A stretch of 63,908 nt of DNA, the filler included, from Intoshia linei (Eukaryota > Animalia > Orthonectida): assembly GCA_001642005.1 (NCBI GenBank). It is 4 parts of 4 records of this genome, joined end to end, with 100 filler letters (N's around TTAATTAATTAA, not from the genome) between each part and the next. Parts side by side here need not be neighbours in the genome. Positions count along the whole stretch, not along the records: positions 25,191 to 50,496 come from LWCA01000504.1; positions 50,597 to 63,908 come from LWCA01001022.1; 2 more parts are not named here. One strand, given 5' to 3'. The position numbers were made by a program, and so were the translations under genes. Below the pieces are notes generated by a model. It saw nothing but the letters and a program-made list of their open reading frames with translations, was not told the DNA's origin and ran no database searches. Position 1 is the first letter of the stretch. Every line of letters begins with the position of its first letter. Shown piece by piece: positions 40,201 through 55,255 of the stretch.

Positions 40201-43200
40201 ACTTTTTCTATTGCCAGATCAAAATCTTCGATTTTTTAAAATTTTTGTGTGATCATGGTTCATTTTCATAATATTGTCCCTATTTTTGAATATAGACACA
40301 ATAGTTTATCTAGCCCAGATGCACAATTTTTCCACTAATTCAACCACAATGCTACTTTTCTCATTGGTGCTACGGCCACACAAAATTTACTTCGACATTG
40401 AGAAAGTTTACTCTGGAATCCAAAGTCTAGACCTAAATTTTAGGTCTAATAAAATAGTTTTCTTAAAGTTTTAATAAATTATTGTATCAGCAAGTTTTAA
40501 TTAATAATTTTCAATTAAAATTAATCCTTAATTCACTAATATAAATTAACACCACATTTTTCATTTATCTGAATCGGAATAAATAGCAATACAGTAATAG
40601 TAGTAGTATTAATGTAGCAGGATTAATGCAGTGCTTCGCATGGGGTAAATACGAAAATCTAGATGATTGTAGGCTAATCTACAATTTTCCAAATATTTCA
40701 TTAAATCATCCAATTAATATATCTTATGAAAAAAAACCAAAATTTTACGCTTAAAGGGAATTTTTTTCCGCAAAATTGCTTTTACCAATATTTTTATGAA
40801 AAATCCCATTTTTATAAATTTTTAGATCAATAATTCTTCTGACTGATTCCATAAGAAAAAACCTGATTTTAAAAAAATTTGAAAAATCTCCTTTTACTAA
40901 TATTTTTCTGAAAAAACATTAATCCTTAATTTTTCGGTAAATAATTAATAATAATAATAATTGGACAACAGAAAAAAGTTCCATTAAAACTGATTTATAT
41001 TAAAACATTCTAATTACATTAGAGTGGAAGACATAAAAAATATGTAAATAGTAATAATGAAATAAAAAAAATATCAGTGACTGCCTTGATTTTGTGTGCC
41101 ATTCGCTAACATTTGAGAAACTGGGGCAAAGTCAAGAATGTAACTTTTTGATTAAAATATTTGAAACAGACCTTGAATAAAATCTCATTTTAACTTTTCA
41201 ATTTGAAGTAAAATGATGTAATGTAAAATAATCAGATGTATTGCCCACGGATGCACGTTGTGCACCCCTGATCTAGCCTTGTCAAATTTTGCATCCATTT
41301 GACCATAAGTTTTTCCTGATTCCACTTCTTCAATTAGTTTGATTTTATCAAACAAATCTATCGATTTTCTCTTAATTTTCATTATCGTTAGTTTTCAAAT
41401 GTGGCGCCAAATTACCTTTATTTATTCATTGTAATTTAAAGTTGTCTTAGTTATAACAAAAATAGCACAAAATTATTGTGCAATTTTCTGTATGTATAAT
41501 CAAGATACCACTGTAAGTATTAATTTATATGCAAACAATTGTTTATAAGTTATAAATTATAACATATTAAGAGAATTTTTAACCATGAATATGTAGACTT
41601 CTGACTCAGAAGTTATGATGTTTAGTTTTTTTCTCTAGGTTAATTGGAATAAGCTGTATCAGGATAGTATTCTTTTTTTATTAATTATAGGATCATTTAA
41701 TTATTTCATACATTTTTATTTACATTTAATTAATTAACAATTGTAAATAATTTTCCCAAAAAATGAGTAACATGTAAATTCAATTTTTATGAATTGAAAA
41801 AGTGAGGTTTAAAAAATATATTAAATGTGATTTTTTTTAATTGTAGGAAATTGCATTATTTCAAAAATATCAAATATTTTTGAACCATGGAAAGAAATTT
41901 TTTCTCATAATCATCTAGAATAAACTAAATTAAATTAATATTTTTTTAAATTTTAAGACTATAATTATAGTTATACATTACATACATGTATTACATGTTA
42001 TAAATATTAAATAATTTATAATAATAATGTAAAGCTTGGTTTAATTTAAAGTAGGACGAGGCTTAAAATGTCTTAGTAGTAGAATTTACATTTTCATTTT
42101 GTTAACATTTACTATTGTATATTTTCTAAGTTTAAAATGTGATTATAAATTCCATTAAATTCACTGCTGATAAATGTACTAGAAGACGAAAAATTTTGAT
42201 AAAATTGAAAGAAAAGCTTACAGTTTGGTTAAAAAAAGTCTTAAAAATTCCCATGAAAGTTTGGTTAAAAGAAAAGAATCTTAAAAACCCGATTTGAAAG
42301 TTTGATTAAAAAAAATCTTAAAAAACCAATTTGAAAGTTTGGTTCAAAAAAATCTCAAAAACCCTCTAAGATAGTTTGGTTAAAAAAAATTAACGTACAT
42401 AAAATAAGTTTAATCTTACAAAACAAAAAAAACTATACAAATTGACGTATACTCATTTTTTTATTGTATAGGTGTGGATCAGAAACAATTGTTTTGCATT
42501 ACATTGACCATATTTTGTATGTGTCTCAAAAATATAAATTTTCCGAACCAATAAATACTCAAGTCCTCTTGTTTCAAGATATAGATTGTATCCGTATTTT
42601 ATATACCAATCAATATAAATTGTTTGAAAAAATGAAAGGTATCATATAATAATGAAACTGGTAAATATTAATGACTACCTGATGTATGATTCTTATTGAA
42701 CCGGAAAAGCAAATATTTTTAATAAATACATTTATTTTCTTAAATGTATAAGTTAATGTTAATTGTCTTAAAATGAATCTTAGATATAAGCATGACTCAC
42801 GAAAAACTATTAGAAATTGGTTTTTTTTTAATTTTACGACTGTTAATTTTTTAAATAAACCGTAACACCGACAGACACATTAAAATTTCATTTTATATAA
42901 GAAAAAGGTAATATATTATGTTTTTGTTTTCTTTTATTATTTTATGAAATTATAATACATATGTATATAATAATGCATAATAATAACATTTAATAATCCT
43001 CGAAGTATATATTTTTAAGTGTTTTAAATAGCAATTTGTAAGATGTAAAGTAATTCGTTGTAATAAAATATCTAATAGTAAAAATTTTTAAAATTGACAG
43101 AAGTAATTTGTTTCAGTACAATACGAAAAAATATGTGACGCGTTTATAAAAAGGTTGAGAACCCCCTGTTATATTGTATATTTATAGCTGAATTGGTTGA

Positions 43201-46200
43201 GGTTTTACTTGAAAAATCGACATCGGCATCAGGACAATTATATCGTGCTTATAATATGTATGAGGTAGTGTGTTTATTTTTATTATTGTTTTTATTGCTT
43301 TATTTTAATTTATTTATAATAATCTTTTAATTAAAGGAAAAAGACGCACATTTTACGCTGGAACTCGCCAGTTTATCTTCAGCAGATATCATCAAGGCTA
43401 TTACTATTTGCTTACAGGCAGCAAATTATTGTCACGATATGCAAGTTCACAAACGGCTTGTCAAGGTTCATTCTTACTTACATTGATTGTACTAGGCAAC
43501 TGGTGGCATATTGAAAGTTTGATTTATTTAATTTACTTTTATTTTAGACGGCTAGATTGGGAATGAAATTTTGTTCTGTAAATTCCGCAGAAGAAATTAA
43601 AGACACATGTATTCAACTTCGTATTCTGAATGTTACACGTAATGCCGATGTTGGAATTTATCCGACTTTTCATCAGTAATTTTGATTTTAATTTAATTTA
43701 TATCTACAAATATGTTACAAAACTTGATCTACGAACAAATAGATCATTTGCAAAACATTGCATTTTTTTATTGTGATTTTTTAGATTAATGTTATTTTCT
43801 TATGATTTACTCATCCAACGATTAATCAATTTAAATATGTTTTCCTTGGCATTTCGTATAATCAATTATATCAAAATGGAAAATAATAAATTACTCATTG
43901 AATGTATCAAAGCATGGGCTGTTGAACAGGCAAATTTAAGGATTTGTTATAAAACTGAATGTTTGTTTGTTACTACTTTCAAATCTGAAGTTTGCATCAA
44001 AACTAAGAGTCTGAGAATATAATTTTACAAAAACGGCGAGCATTCAGTTGAGTGACATTTTCTTAGTTAATCATAATATTTATTTTTTTAAAATATTTTT
44101 TCTGGTTTCTTCAAGGTTTTTTTTATGATAATGACAATTTAAATTTAGTATGATTTTTAAGGGATGTTTTTACCCAATTTTTAAGGATTTTAAAGACAAT
44201 TTTGGGACCAAAATTTTTTAGAGTTTTGAAATGAATATTATTTTTTTATCCAATTTTTAAAGATTTTGAATATAATTTTTTTAGACTAAAATTTTGTAGG
44301 GTTTTTAAGGGAACATTTTTTTCACCTTATTTTTAGAGATTTTGAAGATCACATATAATGTTAAAAATGTTCTTTTTAAAATTACCCATCCTAATTAATA
44401 CTGAAATATATAAAATAATCCTTACTTATACAATATGTATAATATATTACGCGATTTTTTTTTGTGTGTGTATGTGTGTGTTCCACTTTATTTAAATAAC
44501 TACCCGTCAAGAATTTTTTAAACACTACATTTCAATTACAGTTTTTTTCGGGACGTATATTGAGATAAATTTCAACCTCCCAATTTCACATCTTACAGAT
44601 CAAAAATACCAATTGTCTTTATTTTGAAAATCAAACGAGTTGAAAAATTTAAAAAATATATACGCTGATACGGATTTTAAAATCATAAAAATTACCATAA
44701 ATTTAAATTTAAAAAAATTATATATTCAGGGCCAAAACCATAAATTACTCTTCTTTTTTTAATCAAAACAGCCCTAGAATTTTAAAAAATTTACAGGTGG
44801 TACAGTTGTATCCTGTTAAGTACAGTTGTATCCTGTTAACACACATAAAAAATTTCAATCCGAATAAGTGACGACCTTCACGGTAAAAAAAGCATTTAAT
44901 TTATATATTTTTTCTCGAAATTATTTTATTAAAACAAAAAATGTGACATAATTAACTGTCCGAAAATTAAAAAAAAAATTAGTCTGATAGAGCTTATTCC
45001 AGTTGATGTAAATACAAAAGTTCAACCCGAGAAATCTACGCATTCCCGATGAAAAATAATATTGAATATATTATCAACCAATATTTTTCAAATATTTTGA
45101 TTAAAATAAAAATTGAAAATGTAAATATTGATCCTACAATTTCAAAAAAATTGAGCATTGAACGTCTACACATTTCCAATAAAGAAATATGGGTGAAAAT
45201 CTATATAATTCATTCCTTCGGAATTTTTTTCATTGCTACGCAATTTTTAAATTTCAAATTTGTATTTTCAAAACATTTTTAATAAAATTTAAATAGAAAC
45301 TACAATAACGAAACTATTAGTAATACAACTTTGTTGATATCATTTTTATATTTATTACAAGTGAAAGTAAGATAAATTTTTGGAGAATTATCATAGGGTT
45401 TTTAGGAAATTTTTTTACTTGTTTTCAAGGGGGTTTAAGGAAATTTTTTTTTGCACTGGATAAAGCTGAGATAGAATTTATGCTAAATCAAACTAAAGGA
45501 ATTTATTAAATATACTTTACTTTTACCAATTAGGGTGAAAAATTTTTAGTAAAAAAGTGGCCACCTATTTCGAAACGAGGAATAATTATTTTAGTATCTC
45601 ATTAATAAGTAATTTAGATTAAAAATATAAAAAACGATGAAGTTTTATCAAAAGCATTAATAAAATCATTTAAAGAGACTGGCATGATAATTGATGCCTG
45701 TTACAAAGTGGCCAAACATGCTAAAAAAATTAAGCGTATTCAACTCTCTAATATGGTATGATTGGGATTAAATTAATTACATTTTTTGTTAATTTCTATT
45801 GCTCATTTAGCTCATGGAACATTTACCTGATTCTGAAATTAAAGTAAATTTTTTTCTTGAAGAACATCGAATTGATGATGCCATTCACGAAGCTTTATTC
45901 TCGGGAAATACATTTATTGGTAAATGAACAAGAAATGATTATACGAATGTTTTCAATTGACATGGTCACTTTTCCAATGTTTAGGATATTTTTCTGCCAT
46001 AAAACCCCATTTTATTATTTAATAATTATTAAACAGCTATGGACCTTATAACAGGGATGGGAAACATCAATCGAAACAATGGCCCGAAATAATTTTTATT
46101 ATAAAAATTATTTTTTAATGTAAAATTCTAAATTGTACATTATAATTAAAATTAACATTAAGAGATTAAAAATTTACATAGTAACATATTTTTTCGTCTT

Positions 46201-49036
46201 AAATGAGCAAGATAATAAAAAAGAGAAAAGTGGACTCTGAATGCAGAATTTTCCAAAAATTATGGGAATTAGAATATTATTTCATGGAACACTACAAAAA
46301 ACTTGTTTGTGTAATCTGCCATTAAAAATGTTGCTTTTAATAAAGTGAATAACATCAAGCTTCATTATGAAAGCAAACATAAATCGACACTTTAAAAAAT
46401 TCATGGAAATTTGAGATTAGACGAATTTAATAAATTAAAAAATGGTTTAAAAAAACAGGCTATTTTATTCACGAATAGGGTTACCAACTGCATTATTTTC
46501 CCCCTGAGACTTCGAATTTTCAAATTCAACTCAGAGTTAAGGGTTAAGTGATATTTATCAGGTTAATTTAATTATTTCAATCAAAATCATCAGATCAGAC
46601 ATATTTTATTTATATTGGATGAATAAGCGACTGTATTTGATGTATAAGATTATAACTGTATATAATATATATAACTATATATATAAACTGTTATTATTTT
46701 TTTAAAAAGAGACCACAAAGCAAAAGAGGGCCCCCAAAAAAAATAACACGCTTCGTTCAAAAATTCGGGTTGAGAATAACTTAATGTTGGTAACCGTATT
46801 CACGAATAGAATGGGTACAGATAAAAATAATATTAATGCCAGTTATGTTATTTCAAAATTGATTGCTCAACGCATGAAACCGGTATCTGATGGAGAGTTT
46901 ATTAAAGTGCCTAAGTTGCAGTTTTTGTCAGAGGCGTAAATTACAAATTTGAATTTGTTGAAAAATTTTTTGAATTGATACCTATGAAAGGGAATTGCAC
47001 TGGAATAGACGTCTTTGATGCAATAATGAAAATGATCTTAAAAGCAAATCTTAACATACGTAAATTTGTTGGGCTTACTACGGACGGTTCTCCATCTATG
47101 ATAGGCTCAAAAAAAGGAATTGTAAATTTAATGCAAGAACATTTAAAAAATGAAGAAATTTCAATTTATCTAAAAATTTTTCATTGTATAATTAATCAAG
47201 AAGAATTATGTGGAAAATCGATGAAACTCGATGATATAATAACATTTGTCATAAAAACTGTCAATTTTATTTTGTATAATAAAAATATAAATAAATATAT
47301 TCAAACTAAAAATTCTTAAAATTTATTTTTCCGGCCCACCCATCTATTTTATATAATAAAGGGCCCGCTATCACAGAAAGTCGCCCATCCCTGCCCTATA
47401 ACGATATTTTAAGTTTTGTTAAAAGGTTCGGTAAATTCCCTAGACATTATTGGATAAATGACTAAATTAAATATATCTATATATTGATTTTAGTTGGTGA
47501 CATTACTTTTAAATTACGAGAAATGATTACGTTTGTTCAATTTCTGAATATTATGACAAAAAAACAAATTATTTATTCGTTTTTTCGATATGTAATACAT
47601 TTATTTATTTTTTAATTTTATTTGAAAATATCGCTATTTATTATTTTCACATTTTATTATCTTAGATTTGTTTTCATATTGAATTTGATATGTTGGAAAC
47701 TTTATACGATCAAGCCGATAATCATGACAAATTAGCTCGAATTATTTGCAATAATTACAATAATATGGTTAATATTTATATCCATATTTTTGGTAAATTT
47801 TATTTCATTGTTTAGCCGTACGAAAAAAAAACAGAAGTATTAGTAAAATTACAGAGTTTATTCACCAAATCCAAGCAGTTATTATATCACGATGTAAGTG
47901 TAGTGGTAAGCGTGTAACTATGATTAACGTAAATATTTCATTTAAGCTTGTTTAACTTTTTTATTGACAAGTGTATTAAAATATTCTTGGTCAGAAAATT
48001 GTGTCTTTAAATATTATGTACATTAATGTTGCATGTAACATTGCATTTGTTCATATTAAGCTAATATAAAACGCATAGTATGCTAATCAGGAACGTACTC
48101 TGCTATCTAAACAGCAGCAGTATGAAAAAGATTATAGCGGTGATTTTGTTGGTTTACCAGTTTTTGATACTCTTGTTGAATTGTTGAGACATGGTGCACA
48201 GTCGGAGGCAAAAAATTTAAAAAATCGATTCAAATTATCAGACAAAAGGTATTCCAATACTTATCAAATATTATTATCATTATAATTATTAGTTTTTTCA
48301 TAATCAAAATTACATTATTTGCATTGTCCAATCAATGGGGTGAAGTAGAAAAATTTTCTTGCAAAAGTAGTTATTTAGAGGTAAATTTTGTAAACATGTT
48401 TATTTAAAATTATTCACATTTTAGACAATTATAAACATTTGTATAAAATATGGAAATATTGATACTACAAAAATATTGATATCAAATTTAAATGATCCGA
48501 AAACTTGTATAAAGTATTACCTTAAAGCTGGGTATTACATTTTATTGAACCATTAATATTATGAATTTTTGATTTTATTTTTAGTTTACAAGAAATATAA
48601 GTTTAGATATTTTTAAATTTTTTTTTATCCTAATTTGTTAAAAAAAATAAAGCAACGTTCAATCTAAAGCCGAACATACCTCTAGGCGACCGAAAATTAA
48701 AAATTACTTTCTAAGCTAACGATGCGTAGTGTCATATAGCCTTGTTTACCTCTCCTAGCCTCTTAAATTTACAATTTAAATTTTAAATAGCTTTTACTCT
48801 AAACACATTAAATTCTAGAATTTAACAAAAAATATGACATCCTAATCATTTGGGTCTAATGTAAACTGGTATATAAAGTTTTTGAAATTAATTTTAGGTT
48901 CTATGAAGATGCGGCCATGGTAGCCTACAAGGCATCAAATAAAAGTTATTTGCAACATATAATGGGCTTTTCAAATTTATTTAACAATAATCACGAAAAT
49001 ATAAGAGATTTTATCGATAAATTAATGGATTCTTAA
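37248..49036 (+). CDS. VPS16: Vacuolar protein sorting 16 (HOPS/CORVET), many exons
   Basis: VVLSPNGGCL; FGFTLNETLLLIQKDGAV; AITICLQAANY..KRLVKTARLG; CIQLRILNVTRNADVGIYPTFHQ; AIHEALFSGNT; FVGLPVFDTLVELLRHGAQSEAKNLKNRFKLSDK. Confidence 0.9.
39511..41513 (-). mobile_element. Decayed Tigger element in a VPS16 intron with nested hAT MITEs
   Basis: TA-flanked TIRs cagtggaatctcgatcatacatacag / ctgtatgtataatcaagataccactg; HTH-psq start MKIKRKSIDLFDKIKLIEEVESG. Confidence 0.8.
40316..41270. mobile_element. hAT MITE interrupting the Tigger transposase
   Basis: Perfect 8-bp TSD ATCTAGCC; related inverted copy at ~50597-51008. Confidence 0.8.
44419..45340 (+). mobile_element. Non-autonomous Helitron, long copy lacking the 3' hairpin
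   Basis: A|TCCTTACTTATA start; colinear with 5191-5820 and with the reverse of 17257-17985. Confidence 0.75.
46052..47393 (+). mobile_element. Decayed hAT (SPIN/GTF2IRD2-like) transposon
   Basis: TIRs cagggatggg / cccatccctg, TSD ccttataa/ccctataa; KKRKVDSECRIFQKLWELEYYF..VCVIC..HYESKH and GLTTDGSPSMIG..FHCIINQEELC; nested MITE 46476-46798 with TSD TTCACGAA. Confidence 0.88.
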
Positions 49037-50496
49037 TTTTGTAAATTTCTTAAAGTTGTATTAAATTATTACGTAATTTTAACTATAAATCAGGCTTTAA
49101 AACATTGATTCGCCGTATTGATAATAATTTCCGTAGATAAAGTTGTATATTACATATATTGTATACCAGTGTCTCTCAACGGTGGGTCGCCCATTGGGGT
49201 CGACTTTTTAAAATATTTTACAGAATACACAACCTAGAAAAACTTTTTTCCACAACCCTAGTCTTCAAATCAGGTGAATATTGGCAGATGTTTGACTTTT
49301 TTTTTTAATATTTTCAATTATTGTAACTAATCTTAATCTTATTACTTTATTTTGAGAATATTTTTCTTACGAAATTTTAAAAGGGAGATTTTTTTGAACA
49401 TACCCTTAAGGTGGAATTTTCGGCTTATTTGTATACAAAACTTTAAAAACGAAGATTTTTTAAAATTTTTTTAACCAAGCTCTTGAAGGGGAATTTTATA
49501 ATTATTTTGTTTACAAAACCTTAAAGGCGAGGGTTTTTTAAGATTTTTTTAACCGCGTCCAAAAAATGCGTCAATAAAATTTATACATTAAAAGAATGAG
49601 AATTTAAATCTCATCATGATGATATACATCTTATGATTTGATCATATCAATTTTAGAAATTATTAGCGAAAAACCCAATTAATTGGATTAATCCTTATTT
49701 CTATAAAAAAATACTGATATGAAGTTTTATTCGTACTTGATTGTATTAATTTTTGAAATAATGCAATGCTTTTTTGACAACTATTGTTATATTTGTGGAA
49801 TATTTATGGAATATGTATTTAAATCGTCTAGAATGTATAATACAACTAATAAATTGATGCAAGAGAAATACAAACTTACCTACAAGCGCAGTATTTTTTT
49901 TAATATTTGGAGCCCCACAAAAATCAAATTAAAAAATTAATAATTTACTAAAAACTTTTTTCAAATTATATCAAAAAATGGGCTGCCTTTATACGTCCAA
50001 AATACACCTCATAGAAAGTCATAGTGATAGATTACCTATAAATTGCATAACCGCAAGTGACGAACACGGTGAATGTTTTATCAAACTAAAAATTTTTGAA
50101 AAACGGTTTCATGGATTGAATTACCAAAGAATGCTTGCCGATTATTTGTGAACAATTAAAAATATTAATTAACTTAATTTTTGTATATATGTTGTATTTA
50201 TTTTATTAGGTTTAATTTAAATTTATATTGCTATTAATTAATTAATGCGATATATCTGAAGTACAAAAATCACGTAAAAATATTTTTGACGCAAGAAAAT
50301 AAATCTTTTTTTGTTGTTTAGTGTAATAAACTTTTTATTGATCTAAGAAAATATGTAGTAAACAATTAATAATGTACTGTAAACAATACCTAAAAAACAT
50401 GTTCGATTTTGGAAACATTGACGGGTTAAAGGTTAATATTAATAGTTCATCAAGTTTATCACATTGCAAAAATAGAGTACTCCATGTCTTTTGACC

Positions 50497-50596
50497 NNNN
50501 NNNNNNNNNNNNNNNNNNNNNNNNNNNNNNNNNNNNNNNNTTAATTAATTAANNNNNNNNNNNNNNNNNNNNNNNNNNNNNNNNNNNNNNNNNNNN
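50497..50596. other. Assembly gap with artificial linker
   Basis: N-run with TTAATTAATTAA. Confidence 0.95.
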
Positions 50597-51011
50597 GTCA
50601 GAAGAATTATTGATCTAAAAATTTAGTAAAATGGGATTTTTCATAAAAATTAAATTATAAATTAAAGATTGTTAAAATTTTGGTTTTTTCTCATAAGATT
50701 ATATTAAATTGGATGATTTAATTGAAATATTTTGAAAATTGTAGATGAGCCTACAATGATTTCAATTTTCGTATTCACCCCTTGCGTTGACGAGTCACCT
50801 ACATTAGAAGCACTGCATTAATCCTACTATTGCTATTTATTCCAATTAAGATAAATGACAAATATCGTGTTAATTTATATAAGTGAATTAAGGATTAATT
50901 TTAATTAAAACTTGCCGATATTAAAATTTAAAGAAACTATTTTATTAGACCTAAAATTTAAGTTTAGAGAAACTTTCTCAATGTCGAAGTAAATTTTGTG
51001 CACCCCTGCAT

Positions 51012-52916
51012 TAGGGTGTTTCACGTAATAGAATCTTTTTTAGCCTTAGTAAAAATTAGTCTAGTATTATAATTAAAAACATTATGTCAGCATTAAAATC
51101 TGCAAAAATTGTGGGGTTGAGTTGCGCACGACGTTTAAAGTTTTTAACTTAATATTAATTTATACATGTATATTATAGTTTATTTTGTATAATATTTATA
51201 TAATTTATACATATTTTTCATTTAGAGTGTAAATTAAATTGAATCTAAGTCTTCAATAATTAAAGTAAAATGAGTAGTATTAAATAACAAATATAAATAA
51301 TGCAATATTGGATAAAAAAATGCGTGTAAATTTTGATGGTCGTTGATGTAAAAATTTGTCAAATTAAGTAGTTGAGTAATTGGTGATATATGTCCAATGC
51401 GAAGAAAATGGAAGCATTCCAATTGATGTTTATTTAAATTAATTTATGTATTTTCAATTCATTTAAAAATTGAAATTGCAGCCACAATTTTGTGCTATAA
51501 AAGATACCATTGAAATGTATAATGTAGTAGAAAATATTTACATGATTATATGCAATACATGCAACGTCAATACAGAAGGAAAATAGGGTGATAAAAATGT
51601 TACATGATAACGTATTCAATTAAAATGTTTAATATTATGGCTGCCAGCGCCATATTTTAGATAGATTGTTAAAAATATATATGATTGAAATTTTGTGTTC
51701 TAACGCTATCAGTTCAAATATTAATTATGAATTTGTATTATGGTTAATTTGGAATGGAAAATTCTACATAAGAAAAATTGATATACTAAAAGGTGGAAAT
51801 TGGTACATCGATGACTAAGCTGAATTAGAAATCCTGTGTAATGCCTATAAAATACTGAAAAAAAAGTTAAAATTAAATGGAAGAAATTACCAAATATGTC
51901 AAATGCCAGATAGAACATCCGCGCTAATTTAGCATAAATGGCATATATTTTGGGTTTTAGAAACATAGGTTTGGAAGAATGTTGTAATTTTGTTTTAAAT
52001 ATTTGGTTTGATGCATGAGAAAATGTGTATCAATAATACATCATTTAAAAATGTACGAAAAACTAAATATGTCTATTAAAAAGGAAAAAAATGCATTTTT
52101 TTTCTTAATAAACGCAAATATACGTCTGAACCGAAATTGGACGTACTGTTGACAAATGAGGTAGCTGAGCGGTCATCTCAAGGCTAAATATTTTATAAGA
52201 TCACTCCACAAATATTTCAAATTTAAGAAAAGAACTAATTCTCGATGTGTATTAGAAGTTGATCCTTGCTAATTGACAAATTCATCTATACTTTTGGTTT
52301 TTTTATTTTAATAACATATTTTAGATTGTCAACTATGTCGTAGTACACTGTATTATAATATTATTTTGAAAGACAGGAATCTAGACTATTCCAATTTAAT
52401 TTAGAATAGATAAATAATTACAATCAAAAATTGTCTTATTAACATATTTTTAATTATTAGAATAGGAATACAAAGTTGATTTATAGTGTATTTAAGTTAT
52501 ATTAGGTATAATGGGTTTTCGTTTATTATTAAAAATTTTAGTTTCTCTTAAATTAAGATTAAAAAAACCCTTAACTGGGCATTGTTATATTTTTCTAATT
52601 GGATTTGTGTGTCTTACAAGTGTTACACCTCTGTTCGACGTCGTTCTCTGTTTAACTTTAAAAAATTCATCAAAAATAAAGATATTTCGTGTAATATTCA
52701 TATTTGTTGTTAATTTTGATATATCAACCAATGAGAATTCAGATAATAAAATATTTTTTAATAGTTTTTAATAAAATCTTTATTTGGAGTGCGCAACTCG
52801 ACCACTAACATTTACGAAAAAATAAAAGTCACAGAGTACTCTAAATATAAATACTAGCTTAATTTTAATTAAGGCTAAGAAAAACTCGAAAATTTTCAAA
52901 TTTTTGAAACACCCCA
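51012..52916 (+). mobile_element. Decayed hATm-like transposon
   Basis: Termini tagggtgtttca / tgaaacacccca with longer subterminal inverted similarity; plus-strand remnants YGCQRHILDRLLK, LPNMSNAR*NIRA, TNEVAERS. Confidence 0.65.
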
Positions 52917-53150
52917 CTATACATATAGGGTCTGTTTACTTTAATTCAGTGATTCTCAACCTTTCTTTAGCTTTGGATCATATTTTATTCTCAAAATGTA
53001 TGTGGAACACTATCAACCTCCGTTTCCCAAATTCCTGCTAATTAAGAATCCATCACAGCTTCCAATGAAATTACCTAAGAATATCCACCTTACCTTAGTA
53101 TGAAGTAGTAAAATTTTTAATTCATGTTCACAAAGTATAATATAATTATA

Positions 53151-53390
53151 TTATAATAGTTTAATATCAATAATAAAAGAATAAAGCAAAGAGACAGATT
53201 TTTTTATGTTAAATGTAGAACACATCATTGTCATTAATTTTGACACAAACTTTTTACCTTGATTAGTTTGCATCTCATTTGGCGTGCGATATCGTAAAAT
53301 GATGCAATTACAAATTGCATTACAAACTGTTTCAGCTGTAATTTCTATTACTGCTACCATTTCTGACCATCCATAATAAAGATTAACCAT
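53151..53390 (-). pseudogene. Retroelement integrase core fragment
   Basis: ITAETVCNAICNCIILRYRTPNEMQTNQGKKFVSKL resembles the rve TAETVA..RYG.P..I.TDQG..F.S motif. Confidence 0.7.
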
Positions 53391-54673
53391 ATTGATGATA
53401 ATTTTTTTGTTAGTTATTTTGATGGTATATATCAGTTAAATTGTTGAAGAAACTGTCCTATCCTTTCATACAATTTCGGAAAGAAATATCCATTTTAATG
53501 AGTTTACATACATGTAGTTACATAGAATAATCGGTCAATGGTGTAACAAGTTTGATAATACTACGTGAAATTAAGTAATACTGAGTAATCTTTATCTCCT
53601 TTGTTGTTATTTGTTTTTCGTCTCCAATATTAAAAAATCGCTCAACATGAGTGATATCGCCCAGATTGATCATCCTTGATGTAGTTTCATGTCGGTTAGC
53701 CGGCAGTGAGGTAAATATTTCTATAACTACACTATACTGTACCACTGTACTTAGTTTACTCGTAATGCAGTGCAAAAACTTTATTACTTGGCGCGTAGCG
53801 ATTAAAATTGTAGACTTAAAAATTTTTTAGTTTTGAAAAATTGATTACAAAATATTTTTTCTAGAATCATGTGCAAACGTGTAATAAAAATTTAATTGTA
53901 AACATTTTCTAAATTTAAACAAACAAAAATTTTGCCCAAAATTAAAAATAAAAAAACTTATAAATAGGAATTTTCACTTTGAACCCGCATAATTATAATG
54001 AATTTATTATTTACGGTCTATAAAAGACTAAATAGAAACATTTTAGAATTTTGGAATTTGTGGAATGTGACTGTTTAATAATGTCTGTCTGTCTATTTTT
54101 CAATTTGACATTTCACCAAAAATGCATACAATTTAATCTAAATACGAGTTTCAAATATAATGCATAGAAAACAAAAAATTAGATTGGAACAAAGTTGATA
54201 AGTTTAAATTATAAAATTGAAAAAATTAGGTGATCAAATTAATCTAATTTCCCAATTTACAAATAAGCAAGCAAATTTAAAAATTAACAAAACTAAAAAA
54301 GTACTAAATTATCAAATAGAAATACAATAATAGTATGTAACTAATGTATCAATGTCGTTGTAAGCGAATGCTCAAGTTATCAATAAATAACAATAATTAG
54401 GTCATTTCTATAAAGATAATGTCAAGGCAAACGCACTGTAATAGTCAAAACACATTGCTACAGAATCTAACGAGCTTAGTAATGCATTGAGTTTGCACGC
54501 ATAGACTGATTGCATATGACTGAAATATAATGTATTATATCCATAACAATATTAATTATGGAGCTAACAATTGTTGTGAATCATTTAATTTAGCTTATAC
54601 TACTTTGCATATACAAATTGCATTTTTATTCATAATTAGAAAAAATTTAAAATTCACTATTAAAAAATTAAAC

Positions 54674-55255
54674 ATGCTATTTTATGGTATAGATTTAAAC
54701 AATTACTTAAACAGTATTTCCATTGATCAATTAAAAAGTACAAATGATGGTTGTAAAATTAGTACTTTTGATAAATCTCTACATTACAATGTCAAAAACG
54801 ATTACATTTCTCACCTTCTCTTTAAAATTACCAAAGAATTCAACTGTCATAATGTTTTGGATATTTATAAAGAATATGAAAAAATTATATGTGTATTTCA
54901 TCAATATAAATGCAACAATATTAAAACCTTAGACAACCTAGTTTCTAGTTTTTCTACCGTCATTGATGAAATTTTGTAATTTTAAATGTTTATGAATTAT
55001 ATAAATTGACTTAGTTTGGATGGAATTAATTTTGGTCGAATTATTGCATTGATATCATTTTCTACCTTTGTCATTCAACGTTTAATTTTTCATGATCTTG
55101 TTGATTTTATCAATGAAATTATTAAATACACCAATAAATATTATCAAAATTATTTGGAACAATGGATTGATAGCAATGGTGGTTTGGTAATTGTTTTTTT
55201 TGATTGATTATACATTTTAAATATTTTATACAAGACTTCACATTTTAGTGAATGA
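54674..55255 (+). CDS. Divergent Bcl-2 family protein (3' end uncertain)
   Basis: Splicing the short intron at ~54976-55014 yields FSTVIDEIFLDGINFGRIIALISF (BH1) and LEQWIDSNGGL (BH2). Confidence 0.8.

Noticed and set aside
53518-53775. 85-aa ORF and other short AT-rich ORFs (e.g. 12074, 23260, 45049, 52511, 55883)
   Set aside because: No recognisable motifs; most lie within repeats or antisense to real exons.
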